This document shows positions 28,532 to 38,645 of a stretch of 64,000 nt of DNA, piece after piece. Under the pieces are notes generated by a model. It was not told where the DNA came from, ran no database searches, and was given only the letters and a program-made list of their open reading frames with translations. Source of the stretch: Actinomycetes bacterium (GTDB taxonomy: Bacteria > Actinomycetota > Thermoleophilia > RBG-16-64-13); contig JAGXFW010000025.1 in NCBI GenBank assembly GCA_024637035.1, positions 11,626-75,625 on the forward strand. Direction: 5' to 3'. Within the stretch, counting starts at the first letter, position 1, and each line of letters opens with the position of its first letter. A program made the translations under genes and the position numbers.

Positions 28532-30072
28532 TTAGCTCCAGGTACCCATGGTCTTCGGGTCCCAGATCCAACGATTCACCACGACCTTCTTGTCGGTGAA
28601 GAAATCGATCGCGTCGCGACCCATGCCGTGCAGGTCGCCGAAGAAGGAGTCCTTCCGACCGGCGAAGGGGAAATAGGCCATGGCCGCGGGCACACCGATG
28701 TTGATACCGATGTTGCCGGCGTTCGCCTCGTACTTGAACTTACGGGCGGTGAAGCCGTCCTGCGTGTAGATGGAGGCGGCGTTACCGAACGGGCTCTCAT
28801 CGATGATCTTGAGTGCGTCGTCGAGGGTTTCCACCTTCATGATGCAGGCCACCGGGCCGAAGATCTCTTCTTTGGCGATGGTCATATCCGGCGTCACGTT
28901 GTCGAAGATGGTGGGGCCGACGAAGTAGCCTTCCTCACACCCCGGGGTGATGACGTCGGGGTTCCTGCCGTCAACGAGAAGAGTGGCGCCTTCTTCGATG
29001 CCCGTCTCGATCAGGCCCAGGATGCGGGCCTTCGCGGAAGCGCTGATGACCGGACCCATGAACACACGCTCGTCGAGCCCGTAGCCCACGGTGACCTTCT
29101 CGGCAGCCTCTTTGAACGCGGCCGACGCCTGAGCGTGGACCTCGTCGCCAACACACACGAGCACGGAGCCGGCCAGGCAACGCTCTCCGGCACAACCGAA
29201 GAACGAGTTGATCCAGTTCTGCGAAGCCTTCTCCATCACGGCGTCGGGCATGACCACCAGGTGGTTCTTGGCTCCGGCCTGAGCTTGAACGCGCTTCTTG
29301 TGCTTGGCGCCCTCGTGGTAGACGTAGTGACCCACGCGGGTGGAGCCGACGAAGGAGATACCCTTGATCAGCGGATGATGGAGCAATGCGTCCACCACTT
29401 CCTTGTCGCCGTTCACCATGTTCATCACGCCCGCCGGAAGACCGACTTCCTCGATGAGTTCGAAAACGATCTTCTGACTGATCGGGTCCTGCTCCGACGG
29501 CTTCACGATGTAGGTGTTGCCGGCGGCTATGGCGTAGGGCCAGAACCAGAACGGCACCATCATCGGGAAGTTGAAGGGTGAGATGCAGGCGAAGACGCCC
29601 ATGGGCTGGCGGATCATCTCTTCATCGATGCCCGGAGCCGCGCCGTCTTCCAGGTTGTAGCCCATCATGAGCGACGGCATGCCCGAGGCGACCTCGAGGT
29701 GCTCGATGCCGCGCATCACGGAGCCGCGTGCTTCCTCCAGAGACTTGCCGTGCTCCTGAGTCACGATGCGCGCCAGGTCCTCGAAACGCTCTTCCATGAG
29801 GTGCTTCAGCTTGAAGAGGTACTGGATGCGTGTCTGGGGCGGGGTGCGGCGCCAATCCTGGAATGCTGCCTGAGCGGCCTGCGCAGCCCTGTCGACCTCG
29901 GCGGCGGTGGACATGGCCACCGTGCCGATCTCCTTGCCCGTGGCGGGGTTATCGATGGTGAGGATCCTGGTGCTCTCGGACTGGACGAAAGCCCCGTTGA
30001 TGAAGTTCGGGATGCTGCCGTAGTGAGCCTTGAACTCCGGGATCAAGACGACTGGTTCTGTCGTAGCCATGT
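28532..30072 (-). CDS. mmsA: Methylmalonate-semialdehyde dehydrogenase (CoA-acylating)
   Basis: ALDH superfamily with catalytic Cys (FGCAGERC) and Glu. Start refined to MATTEPVV (ATG at 30072, AGGAGG RBS). Confidence 0.9.
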
Positions 30073-30254
30073 ATCCGCCTCCTGGTGCGCTGAGCTTCTC
30101 GAGATTGTGCGATGATCGAGTCGGTCGGTCGTGTCCCCCCCGGTGCGGGCCACCGCCTCCTGGCTGCCCCGGTGCCCCCAGACTACCCGCTGTTTCCGAA
30201 CACGGTCCAGTGGTAGTATGCACACATGTCGCCACTTGTCACAGCGTCGTGCAC

Positions 30255-31907
30255 ATGAGTACAGCCCTCCTCACTGTCCGCGACCTGTTGGCGGAGCCCG
30301 ATTTCCGTCTCGAGGCGTGGGCGGGCTCAAGATCCTACGGCCGCGCCGTCGACGGCATACACCTCTCCGAGCTGGACGACCCCACTCCATGGATGGTGCC
30401 GGGCAGCATCCTTCTGACCACCGGGCTCAATATGGACAGCGACCCCGCCGCCGGCTTGAGGCTCGTGGAGACGTTGAGCGTGGCCGGCATGTCGGGTCTC
30501 GGTGTCGCGCTCGGACACTACCTCTCGGCACTCCCCCCTGAGATGGTGCAGCGGGCTGAGGAGATCGGCTTTCCACTCTTCACGCTTCCCATAGACGTGC
30601 CGTTCCGACGGGTCAGCGCCTTCGTCTACGACGCGCTCGCCTCGCGCGACACGTATCGTCTTCGTCGCAGCATGGCGGTGCAGAGTCACCTGCTCGAACT
30701 TCTGATCGAGGAGCGGGGAGTAGAAGAGCTCGTGCAGCAACTCGCCTACCTGTTGGAGACCACGGTGCTGCTCTACGACGGCCGTGGGTCCCTGCTCACC
30801 CTGGCTCGGGGCCAGGCGCGATTCTCCTCACGTGGGATGGCCTCGGTGTGGCAAGGCTACCTGGAACATCGGGGAAGGAGAGAGATCCTGCCCGCATTCC
30901 GGTCCTCGGGGTTCCGCGTGTCGTACCGAGAAGTAGCGCTCCATGGAGTCGTGGAGCGGGTCTTGCTGGCGGCGTATGTCAACCGCCCCATCCCCGAACT
31001 TGCGGAAACGACGCTGTCGTTCGCCCAGAAGCTCCTCACGCTCGACGTGCTGCGAAACCGCGACGTGGCCGAACTCCAACGACGCATGCGAACCGGGCTC
31101 ATGGACGACCTCGTATCTGGCATCGGCACCGAGACGGAGCTCTCGGCGCGGATGCGGCAGTACGATCTGGCGCCCGAGAGATCATGGAGGATCGCAGTGC
31201 TCGACGTGGACTCCTTCTCCGAGCGCTTCCCCGCGGAAGGACCCCACACACACCGCGAGACGCGCATGCAGGAGTTCAAGACCACGCTCCTCGAGGCGGT
31301 GGACTCCTTCCTCACAGGCCAGGGTTTGCCGTTCCTCACCATGCTCAAGAGCGACTCCGTGGTGTGCCTCGTGCAGTTCGCGGACACAAGCGTCGCCTCG
31401 GCGGAACGCACTCTGGTCTCGTTGCGAGAGGCGGTGGAGACGAAACTGGCTCCCATGACCCTGTCCGTGGGGGTGTCCGCCGCCGCGACCGGAGCGACCG
31501 GCGCCGCTGGCGCCTTCCGGCAGGCCCGCGAGGCTTTGAGCCTCACCAAGCCGGTGGAAGGGTTGCGCACCCGCTTCTTCGACCTGATCCATCCTCAGAG
31601 CCGGCTGCTGGACTCCCAGAGCGTAGAGGGCCTCACCGCCATCTACGCGGAGACGATAGGGCCCCTCGACGAACACGACCGCGAGCGCGGCGCTCAGCTC
31701 CTACGGACGCTGGAGGTATTCCTGGCCGAGGAACGCTCGCTCAACCGAACGGCCGAGACCCTGCACATGCACCGGAACACTCTCGCGAAACGCATGACCC
31801 GCATCGAGGAGATCCTCGGCCGGAGCCTGGCGGTCACCGACGACCTCGTGGCGATCGGCCTGGGCCTCCGAGCGCGGGATCTGTTGGCCGGAAGACGCCC
31901 GTCATGA
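30255..31907 (+). CDS. PucR-family transcriptional regulator
   Basis: PucR C-terminal HTH (LNRTAETLHMHRNTLAKRMTRIEEILG). Divergent from the mmsA/aminotransferase operon. Start refined to MSTALLTV (30255). Confidence 0.8.
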   Translation: MSTALLTVRDLLAEPDFRLEAWAGSRSYGRAVDGIHLSELDDPTPWMVPGSILLTTGLNMDSDPAAGLRLVETLSVAGMSGLGVALGHYLSALPPEMVQRAEEIGFPLFTLPIDVPFRRVSAFVYDALASRDTYRLRRSMAVQSHLLELLIEERGVEELVQQLAYLLETTVLLYDGRGSLLTLARGQARFSSRGMASVWQGYLEHRGRREILPAFRSSGFRVSYREVALHGVVERVLLAAYVNRPIPELAETTLSFAQKLLTLDVLRNRDVAELQRRMRTGLMDDLVSGIGTETELSARMRQYDLAPERSWRIAVLDVDSFSERFPAEGPHTHRETRMQEFKTTLLEAVDSFLTGQGLPFLTMLKSDSVVCLVQFADTSVASAERTLVSLREAVETKLAPMTLSVGVSAAATGATGAAGAFRQAREALSLTKPVEGLRTRFFDLIHPQSRLLDSQSVEGLTAIYAETIGPLDEHDRERGAQLLRTLEVFLAEERSLNRTAETLHMHRNTLAKRMTRIEEILGRSLAVTDDLVAIGLGLRARDLLAGRRPS

Positions 31908-31961
31908 CTGGCGGCGTGCCGCCGGTCCCCAAGTACACGTGACCAGAAGGCAGGTAGCGGC

Positions 31962-32669
31962 ATGACCGATTCACATGAGAAAGATCTCGCGGACGCTCCC
32001 GAGTCCGGCGCGGTGGGCATCGAAGGCTCGTACGGCGGCCAGGGTGACCCGCGCGACCCAGCTGCTCGCCCCGGCCTTGAGGGGGCGGTCAAGGAAGCCT
32101 TGCGGTGTCTCGCCGAGGTGCTCGAGATCAGACTCCTCAGCGACGAAGAACGGGCGAGTATCACCGGGCTCGAGACCGAAGCCGAGGTCAGCGGTGCGGC
32201 GGGAGGCATGTTCGAGTTCGTGAACCAAGGCATGCGCGAAGCGATGGCCTGCGAGTTGGCCTTCGCCGCCCTGACCGGCCCCATGCTCGAAGACCCTCCC
32301 GAGCCCTGGACCATCATGCTCGACGACGATGGCCAGGTGATCGGGGAGTGGTTGGCCGAGAGCCGGCGCGAAGAGGTCAAGGAGAGCGGACGAGCCATCT
32401 TCCTTTCGCCCGACTTCGTGCTCTACAAGGATCGCAAGCCGAAAGGCAAGGGGCGTTTCGTGATGCCCTTCATGTGCGTCCCGCTGCCGGGCCCCGACGA
32501 GCTGAGTACGTGCGGAATGGGAACACCTTCCGGCCTTGCCGACGAGTACATCCGCAGCCTGATGGGTAACCCGGGCAAGGAACTGGCAACCGTGGTGATC
32601 GGCATCAACACCGGCGCCACGGGCAGGACGTCATCGGAGACTTCAGAGGGAGGCACCAGCGATGAGTGA
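31962..32669 (+). CDS. Hypothetical acidic protein
   Basis: 235-aa ORF with no recognised motifs. Its 3' end overlaps the cupin start by 8 nt. Confidence 0.5.
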   Translation: MTDSHEKDLADAPESGAVGIEGSYGGQGDPRDPAARPGLEGAVKEALRCLAEVLEIRLLSDEERASITGLETEAEVSGAAGGMFEFVNQGMREAMACELAFAALTGPMLEDPPEPWTIMLDDDGQVIGEWLAESRREEVKESGRAIFLSPDFVLYKDRKPKGKGRFVMPFMCVPLPGPDELSTCGMGTPSGLADEYIRSLMGNPGKELATVVIGINTGATGRTSSETSEGGTSDE

Positions 32670-32994
32670 ACCGCGCACCACACCCTGGGTCGGCGACTTG
32701 GGGACCGTGGCTGAATACGCCACCGACGGCATCGTCAGCAAGACCTTGATCGACGAACCCCGCGTCAAGATCGTGTTGTTCGCCATGTCGGCAGGCCAGT
32801 CGCTTTCCGAGCACACCGCGAGCATGCCTGCATCCATCCACGTCTTGGAGGGCACGTGCTCGATCCTCCTGGGCGAAGACAGGCACGACGCGCCTCCCGG
32901 AACCTATGTGTTCATGCCGGCGAACCTCAACCACGCCGTCGACGCGGTCGAGGACTCTGTGTTCCTCTTGCACCTGCACCGCGGGGAGAACTGA
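32662..32994 (+). CDS. Cupin-domain protein
   Basis: 110 aa with a cupin_2-like two-His motif region (SLSEHTASMPASIHVLEG ... YVFMPANLNHAV). Confidence 0.6.
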   Translation: MSEPRTTPWVGDLGTVAEYATDGIVSKTLIDEPRVKIVLFAMSAGQSLSEHTASMPASIHVLEGTCSILLGEDRHDAPPGTYVFMPANLNHAVDAVEDSVFLLHLHRGEN

Positions 32995-33020
32995 ACCAGA
33001 CAGAACTGAGGATCGGATCA

Positions 33021-33040
33021 TATACCCCATAGGGTATAAT
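33021..33040 (+). promoter_or_regulatory. Inverted repeat TATACCCC-ATA-GGGTATA overlapping a consensus -10 TATAAT (candidate CsoR-type operator/promoter)
   Basis: The IR and the TATAAT were read directly from the sequence, 100 nt upstream of ATG 33140. The resemblance to GC-cored TAxxCCC...GGGxxTA operators of CsoR-family copper sensors is from memory. Confidence 0.35.
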
Positions 33041-33139
33041 CGGCGAGACGGTGATCGACCTCTCTGTCGACGCTGAGATACCGCCGCCCGGGTGCGCGAA
33101 CGCAGCCCACGTACGCGGCGACACCCGAGGAGGATCGAG

Positions 33140-33547
33140 ATGACGAGCAGCGAGCCCGGCGACAGCGCCGAGGCGAAAGCCAAAACCACCGAGAAGAAGA
33201 CCCCACGCACCACGGGTGTCGCCACCGCGACCGTCCGTGCCGAGATCGACGCGGGCATCTGTGGCTTCAACACGACGGTCCGTGCGGAAGCCGAATCCAT
33301 GCGCAAGGTGCGACTCGACATCGAGAGCGACTGCCCTCAGATCCGCAAGGCGGCCGAGCAGCTGCCCGAGATGGACATGCTCGAAGAGCTCAAAGCGGGA
33401 CTCGGTCATGGTCATGTGTATGGGGTTCTGTCCGGCTGCGTGCGGCACGTCACCTGCCCGGTCGGCTCGGGCATCCTGAAGGCAGCGGAGTCGGCGGCCG
33501 GCCTGGCCCTGCCGAAGGATGTCAGCATCAAGCTGACCAAGGAGTAA
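33140..33547 (+). CDS. Small Cys/His-containing hypothetical protein (candidate metal-binding)
   Basis: 135 aa; GAGGAGG RBS before ATG 33140; 4 Cys (GICGF, DCPQI, CVRHVTCP) and GHGH. No family recognised. Confidence 0.5.
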   Translation: MTSSEPGDSAEAKAKTTEKKTPRTTGVATATVRAEIDAGICGFNTTVRAEAESMRKVRLDIESDCPQIRKAAEQLPEMDMLEELKAGLGHGHVYGVLSGCVRHVTCPVGSGILKAAESAAGLALPKDVSIKLTKE

Positions 33548-33628
33548 CACCGGCACATCAGGGCGCCACTACGGCGCCCTGGGGCGATCGGCGCCCCACA
33601 CGCTGGGGGGCCGAGTCCACGCCCGAGG

Positions 33629-34264
33629 CTACTCCACCAGCACCAGCCCCGTCCAACGAACCGGCTCGTCCGAGGAGAGCTTGATGGGCAGGCCGGCGTT
33701 GGCGGCGGTTCTGAATACGTCGATACCCACCCCCTCCATCGAGGGGCGCGCCTCCAACGGCCGCCGGCAGGGGTCACCGCTCGCCAAGTCTACGCACTGG
33801 GGGCACAGGATGCAGATGCCCCCGGTGAACCCGGCGGCGTAGTAGTAGCCTGCCTTGAACGCCTCCGCCTCGAGTTTGGTCACCAGCTTGCCTAGGGCGC
33901 GGTTCTCTGCGCCGTGTAACTCCGCCTCCAACTCGACGACGCTCTTGCCGCCCATGCCCTCAGCATCCAGGTCGAGTGAATTGCGCGCCGACTCGACCTG
34001 CACGAGCAGCGCGACGGAATAGCGGTCGAGGGTGCGGCGGAACTCTTGCACCGACATGATGTTGGGAGGGCAGTGAAGGTAGTTGGCGTAGCCGGGGCAC
34101 ACCGGCACCGCACACTTGAGGCGCACGCGTTCGTCCACCACCACCTGTTCGGCCGGCAGAAGCGCCGCTCCGGTCGCCCCCAACTCCAGGGCCTTCTCCA
34201 CCAGGAACGTGAAGGCGGCCGGAGCCTCCCCGTGGAGCGTCAGAGCCTTCTTCCCACTCGCCAT
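33629..34264 (-). CDS. DUF2284-like predicted metal-binding protein
   Basis: CxxPxCxxYxxxxHCPP motif (CAVPVCPGYANYLHCPP) and a C-terminal CILCPQC. Start refined to MASGKKAL. Confidence 0.55.
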   Translation of the reverse strand: MASGKKALTLHGEAPAAFTFLVEKALELGATGAALLPAEQVVVDERVRLKCAVPVCPGYANYLHCPPNIMSVQEFRRTLDRYSVALLVQVESARNSLDLDAEGMGGKSVVELEAELHGAENRALGKLVTKLEAEAFKAGYYYAAGFTGGICILCPQCVDLASGDPCRRPLEARPSMEGVGIDVFRTAANAGLPIKLSSDEPVRWTGLVLVE

Positions 34265-34547
34265 CTGCATCCTCCGTGCCGGCCCCCCTCGATGGGCGAG
34301 GCCTCGCTGGGTGGGTAGGGGGGTCACTCGGCCCCCGCCCGAGACCGTCATCGTATCAGACGGAATGAGCCCGACAAGGCAGTACAGGGGGGGCCGGCCG
34401 CGGCGCGCCGATACCCCGCTGACGCCACCCCCCCGAGCGCTACGTGCAGACGACGTTCTGCGATAGGCTAGGATCGAAGTCCTTGACGGCACGACACCCG
34501 ACGCAGTGACTTCACACATGCTCCGCGACAGCTCAGGGGGTACGAGG

Positions 34548-35502
34548 ATGACACCAAAGGGCTACGCGCCCGCCGATTCATTCGAGTCACCGCGGTTCAG
34601 CGGTGTGCGCACCTTCATGCGCCTGCCTGCGGTGAGTGACTTCGAGGGGGTCGACGTGGCCTTCCTCGGCGCGCCGTTCGATACGGGGGCCTCGTTCAGA
34701 GTGGGGGCTCGCTTCGGGCCGGAAGCGGTGAGGAGCGCCTCTCACCTGTTGCGACCCTACAACGCGGGCGCGGGGGTGGACATCTTCCAACACGTATCGG
34801 CGGTGGACGCGGGAGACCTTTCGGTGGTGCCGGGGTTCATCGCCGATTCGTTCACCAGGATCGAAGCCGGCCTGCGGCCTGTGCACGAGGCTGGAGTCGT
34901 GCCGTTGGTGATCGGTGGAGACCATTCCATCGCCTTGCCCGAACTCCGGGCAGCGGCAGCGGTGCACGGCCCCGTGGCGCTCGTGCACTTCGATTCGCAC
35001 TCAGACACCTGGGACTCCTACTTCGGCCAACCCCTCAACCACGGCACGCCGGTTCCGGCGCGCCATCGAGGAGAGGCTCATCTCGCCATCGCGTAGCATC
35101 CAGTTGGGTATGCGCGGCCCCCTCTACGCGGCCTCCGACCTCGACGACGCCCGCGCACTCGGCCTAGACCTCCTCACCACGGACGACATCCGCCGGCTGG
35201 GTTTCGCCGAAGTCATCAAGCAGATCCATTGGCGGGTGGGGAAGGCCAAGGTGTTCGTGAGCTTCGACATAGACTTCCTCGACCCGGCCTTCGCCCCGGG
35301 TACAGGCACGCCCGAGGTGGGCGGCTTCACCACCTGGGAGGCTCAGCAGCTTCTGCGCGGCCTCGCAGGCATGGACGTCGTGGGGGCCGACATGGTCGAG
35401 GTGCTGCCCGCCCACGACCCGGCGGCCATCACCGCCTTCGCGGGAGCCGCCGTGCTCTTCGAACTGCTTACGCTCGTCGCCATCAGGAGACGTGATTCGT
35501 GA
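34548..35502 (+). pseudogene. Arginase/agmatinase-family ureohydrolase, frameshifted (or sequencing error) at about 35051
   Basis: Two track ORFs (34506-35096 and 34915-35502) together encode one ureohydrolase (GGDHSIALP; HFDSHSDTWD). The reading frame switches within HGTP|FRRAIEE, where an extra G sits in ccGgttccgg. Confidence 0.6.
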
Positions 35503-36167
35503 TCCAAGCGCAGCGGCCGCCCGCCTCTGACCCCATAGACCTCACCCAGCCGATGGGGTCGGGCATGCCGGCGTACCCTGCCGACCCACCGGTGGAGATC
35601 GTCGCGTACCGGAGCCACGATACAGACGGCTACGCCGCCACGCAGTTGCGGCTGGGTACCCACTCGGGCACACACGTCGACGCTCCCAGCCACTTCTTGG
35701 TCGACGGGGCCACCATCGACTCCTACCCGCCCGCCCGCTTCTTCGGCGCGGGAGTCGTGCTCGATCTGCGCGCGGGCCCCCGGGAACTCGACGAGGCCAC
35801 AATGCGCGCCGCCGCGACGGCAGCCGGCGGGCTGGAGACCGGTGACTTCGCGGTGCTGTGGACGGGCTGGGATACGCACTTCGGCGACGACTTCATGGTG
35901 GAGCACCCGTTCCTCACGCCGGACGCGGCTCAGGTACTGCTCGAGACTGGGGTGTCCCTCGTGGCCACGGACGCACTGAACGTGGACTCCTCAGAAGGCG
36001 GGGAGTTCCCCGTGCATCCCCTGCTTCTGGGAGCCGACGTACTGATCGTGGAGAACCTCCGCGGGCTGGCGGCCCTGGGCTCCGGGCGGGCCTTCTTCGC
36101 CTTCGTCCCACTGCGGCTGAAGGGGCTGGATGGCTCGCCCATCCGGGCCCTCAGCTGGAAGGTCTAG
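35499..36167 (+). CDS. Cyclase-family protein (kynurenine formamidase-like)
   Basis: Putative cyclase PF04199-like His motif (HSGTHVDAPSHF). GTG start overlaps the upstream stop as GTGA. Confidence 0.75.
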   Translation: MIQAQRPPASDPIDLTQPMGSGMPAYPADPPVEIVAYRSHDTDGYAATQLRLGTHSGTHVDAPSHFLVDGATIDSYPPARFFGAGVVLDLRAGPRELDEATMRAAATAAGGLETGDFAVLWTGWDTHFGDDFMVEHPFLTPDAAQVLLETGVSLVATDALNVDSSEGGEFPVHPLLLGADVLIVENLRGLAALGSGRAFFAFVPLRLKGLDGSPIRALSWKV

Positions 36168-36315
36168 GTCGGCGCCGGCTGACGCGGCCGCTTGGCGACC
36201 GCTGCACCGCGGCTGTGTCGGAACGCGCACCGGCCGGGGCGGAGCCCCGGCCGGGAGGTCAGGCGTCGTATCGAGCCCTCGTGCGGCTAGACCGCGGTCG
36301 CTGGGCCGTTCTCGT

Positions 36316-37731
36316 TCAGACGGTCGCCTCCTGTTCGCCGGGCGCTTCTTTCGCGAAGACCATCTGCCAGAAGGTCATCAGCAGGCCCACGATCAGCACG
36401 ACCCCGAACACCAGCACCACCTTGAACCAGAACTGCATGTTGGCCTGCGCCACCATGAAGCCCTGGCCGAGCACACGTTCCACGTACGTCTGGATGATGC
36501 CGGCCACCGCCATGGCGACTCCGAGACCGAGTACAGCCAGGCTCATGATCCAGAACCCGGATATGGCCGCGGTGGCATCCACCTTCCTGACTCCCCGCAA
36601 CTTCGGCATCGCGTACCAGAACATGGTGAAGTTCAGAAGCGCGTAGGCGCCGAAGAAGGCGAGGTGCCCGTGGCTGGCCGTCACCTGACTCCCGTGCGTG
36701 AAGTAGTTGATCTGGGGAAGGGTGTGCGCGAAGCCGAACACCCCGGCTCCGATCAAGTGACCCACGGCGGTGCCGACCGCGAAGGTCCACACCACCTTGT
36801 CCTTGATCACGACACCCTTCTGACGCTGCGTGCGGAAGGTGTCGATGACCATCGCGATGATGGGCAGCACCTCCATGGCGCTGAAGATCCCTCCGATCCA
36901 CAACCACGTGCTCGGGGCGCCGATCCAATAGTAGTGGTGACCGGTGCCCGCAAGACCGGTGAACAGGAAGAGTGCGGTCTCGATGTAGAGGTACTTCTCC
37001 ACCACCCTCCGGTCCACACCCGTGACCTTGATCAGCACGAAGGCCAAGATGGCGGCTGTCACGAGCTCCCATGCGCCTTCCACCCACAGGTGCACCACCC
37101 ACCACCAGTAGAACCAGTCGATGGTGAGGTTCCGATAGAAGGGCATGCCGAAGATGTACAGCAGCGCCAGGAAGACGAGACCTCCCAGGAGCATGCCGAG
37201 GATCGCGGTCTTCTTGCCCTTGATGACGGTCATTGCGACGTTGAACAGGAAGATGAGCGCCCCGATGACCACCACGAAGTCCAGCGGTGTGGGGATCTCG
37301 AGGATCGGTTTGCCCTGCGTCCATCCGAAGGCAAAGCCAACAAGAGCGATGACGCCTGTGGCCACGAAGGCCACCAGTTGGATGTACGCCAGTTTGACAC
37401 TATAGATCTCGCGTTCCGCTTCCTCAGGCACGAGGTAGTACGTGCCTCCCATGAATCCGAGGAGCATCCACAGGACGAGCAGGTTGGTATGCATGGCCCG
37501 CGTGAGGCCGAAGGGAAGCGCATCCACGATGTTCTGCGGGATTGTGAAAGCGTAGCTGATCCCCAGCCATAGACCCACGAGCAGTTGGAGCACGAAGAGA
37601 GCGAGGGCGATGACGAAGTACCAGTAGGCCACCCGCTGAGAAGCATAGGGAACGAGCACTTCTTCGCCGCCGGTCACCTTCTCCGGAGCGGCTTCAGTCA
37701 TCGTCGTCTGTAGAACGGCTGCTTCCGCCAT
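36316..37731 (-). CDS. norB: Nitric oxide reductase large subunit (cNOR-type NorB)
   Basis: 12-TM heme-copper oxidase fold carrying the cNOR signature HLWVEGAWE and the FeB His pair TGHHYYW. Confidence 0.85.
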   Translation of the reverse strand: MAEAAVLQTTMTEAAPEKVTGGEEVLVPYASQRVAYWYFVIALALFVLQLLVGLWLGISYAFTIPQNIVDALPFGLTRAMHTNLLVLWMLLGFMGGTYYLVPEEAEREIYSVKLAYIQLVAFVATGVIALVGFAFGWTQGKPILEIPTPLDFVVVIGALIFLFNVAMTVIKGKKTAILGMLLGGLVFLALLYIFGMPFYRNLTIDWFYWWWVVHLWVEGAWELVTAAILAFVLIKVTGVDRRVVEKYLYIETALFLFTGLAGTGHHYYWIGAPSTWLWIGGIFSAMEVLPIIAMVIDTFRTQRQKGVVIKDKVVWTFAVGTAVGHLIGAGVFGFAHTLPQINYFTHGSQVTASHGHLAFFGAYALLNFTMFWYAMPKLRGVRKVDATAAISGFWIMSLAVLGLGVAMAVAGIIQTYVERVLGQGFMVAQANMQFWFKVVLVFGVVLIVGLLMTFWQMVFAKEAPGEQEATV

Positions 37732-37745
37732 TGTTCGTCACCTCC

Positions 37746-38444
37746 TCACTGTTGTTTGGCGAGGAACTCGCCGATGGCTGAACGGTCGTCGTCGCTCACG
37801 GTGGTCTGCGGCGGCATCGTCGATTGCGGATCCACCGATGTCGGTTCGGCTATGTAAGCCGCGACGGTGGCCGCGTCGTACGTGGCGCCGATGGTGTCGA
37901 GGGCCGGGCCGATGCTACCGCCCGCCCCGCCGATGGAGTGACAGCCGATGCAGTTCTGCTGGAAGGCGGCCGCCCCCCGAGAGAGACCGGCGCCACCGGT
38001 AGCCCGGCGTTCTGCGGCCGACATCCGCTCCTCGGAGTCCTGCGGCGGCCAGTCATGGTTGTCGATCTTGGAGACCCACTCGAGGAATGCCGCTAGGTCG
38101 GTGGCCTCCTGCTCGGTCACGCCCAGGTTCGGCATCTTCCGGAAGGAGTCCTTGAAGACCACCTCCGGCTGCAGCACCACCTGCTTGATCCCTTCGGTGC
38201 CTATCCGCTTATGGACCTTGGTGACGTCCGGCGCGTAGTACACGCCGAATCCCAAGATCGTGTGGCATAGGTTGCAGTTCTTCTTCTCCCAGACGCGCTT
38301 TCCAGCGACCACCTGTTCGCTGAGTTTGTCCGCGTTGGTGAGAGCGTCCACCTGCCGATGGGTGTCCCACGTAAGGCCCAGGAAAATAGCGAGTGATGTG
38401 AGCGTGCCGGCCAGAAAGATGTAGAACGCTTTCTTGTTGACCAC
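37746..38444 (-). CDS. norC: Nitric oxide reductase cytochrome c subunit (NorC-like) with two CxxCH heme-binding motifs
   Basis: N-terminal TM anchor, CNLCH and a second CIGCH. Immediately upstream of norB. Confidence 0.75.
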   Translation of the reverse strand: MVNKKAFYIFLAGTLTSLAIFLGLTWDTHRQVDALTNADKLSEQVVAGKRVWEKKNCNLCHTILGFGVYYAPDVTKVHKRIGTEGIKQVVLQPEVVFKDSFRKMPNLGVTEQEATDLAAFLEWVSKIDNHDWPPQDSEERMSAAERRATGGAGLSRGAAAFQQNCIGCHSIGGAGGSIGPALDTIGATYDAATVAAYIAEPTSVDPQSTMPPQTTVSDDDRSAIGEFLAKQQ

Positions 38445-38645
38445 GTAGGGCGCCTCCTTTCTCTTTCAGGGCTTGTCATTCGTACGCCTGACCTCCTCTG
38501 ATTCCAACATGTTCGCAGGAAAAACTCAAGAGCTAGTCGCGCGGCGACATCGGACGGGCGTCATACGTCGCGCCGAGGAGGGACCCGGACGAGCCGCCGG
38601 AGTCGTGCAGGGCGCCAGGAGCACCGCGGGCGCCGCAGACGGCGC

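Noticed and set aside
34506-35502. Two separate ureohydrolase ORFs (34506-35096 and 34915-35502)
   Set aside because: They were merged: they are the halves of one arginase-family gene split by a 1-nt frameshift inside the conserved HGTPFRRAIEE motif.
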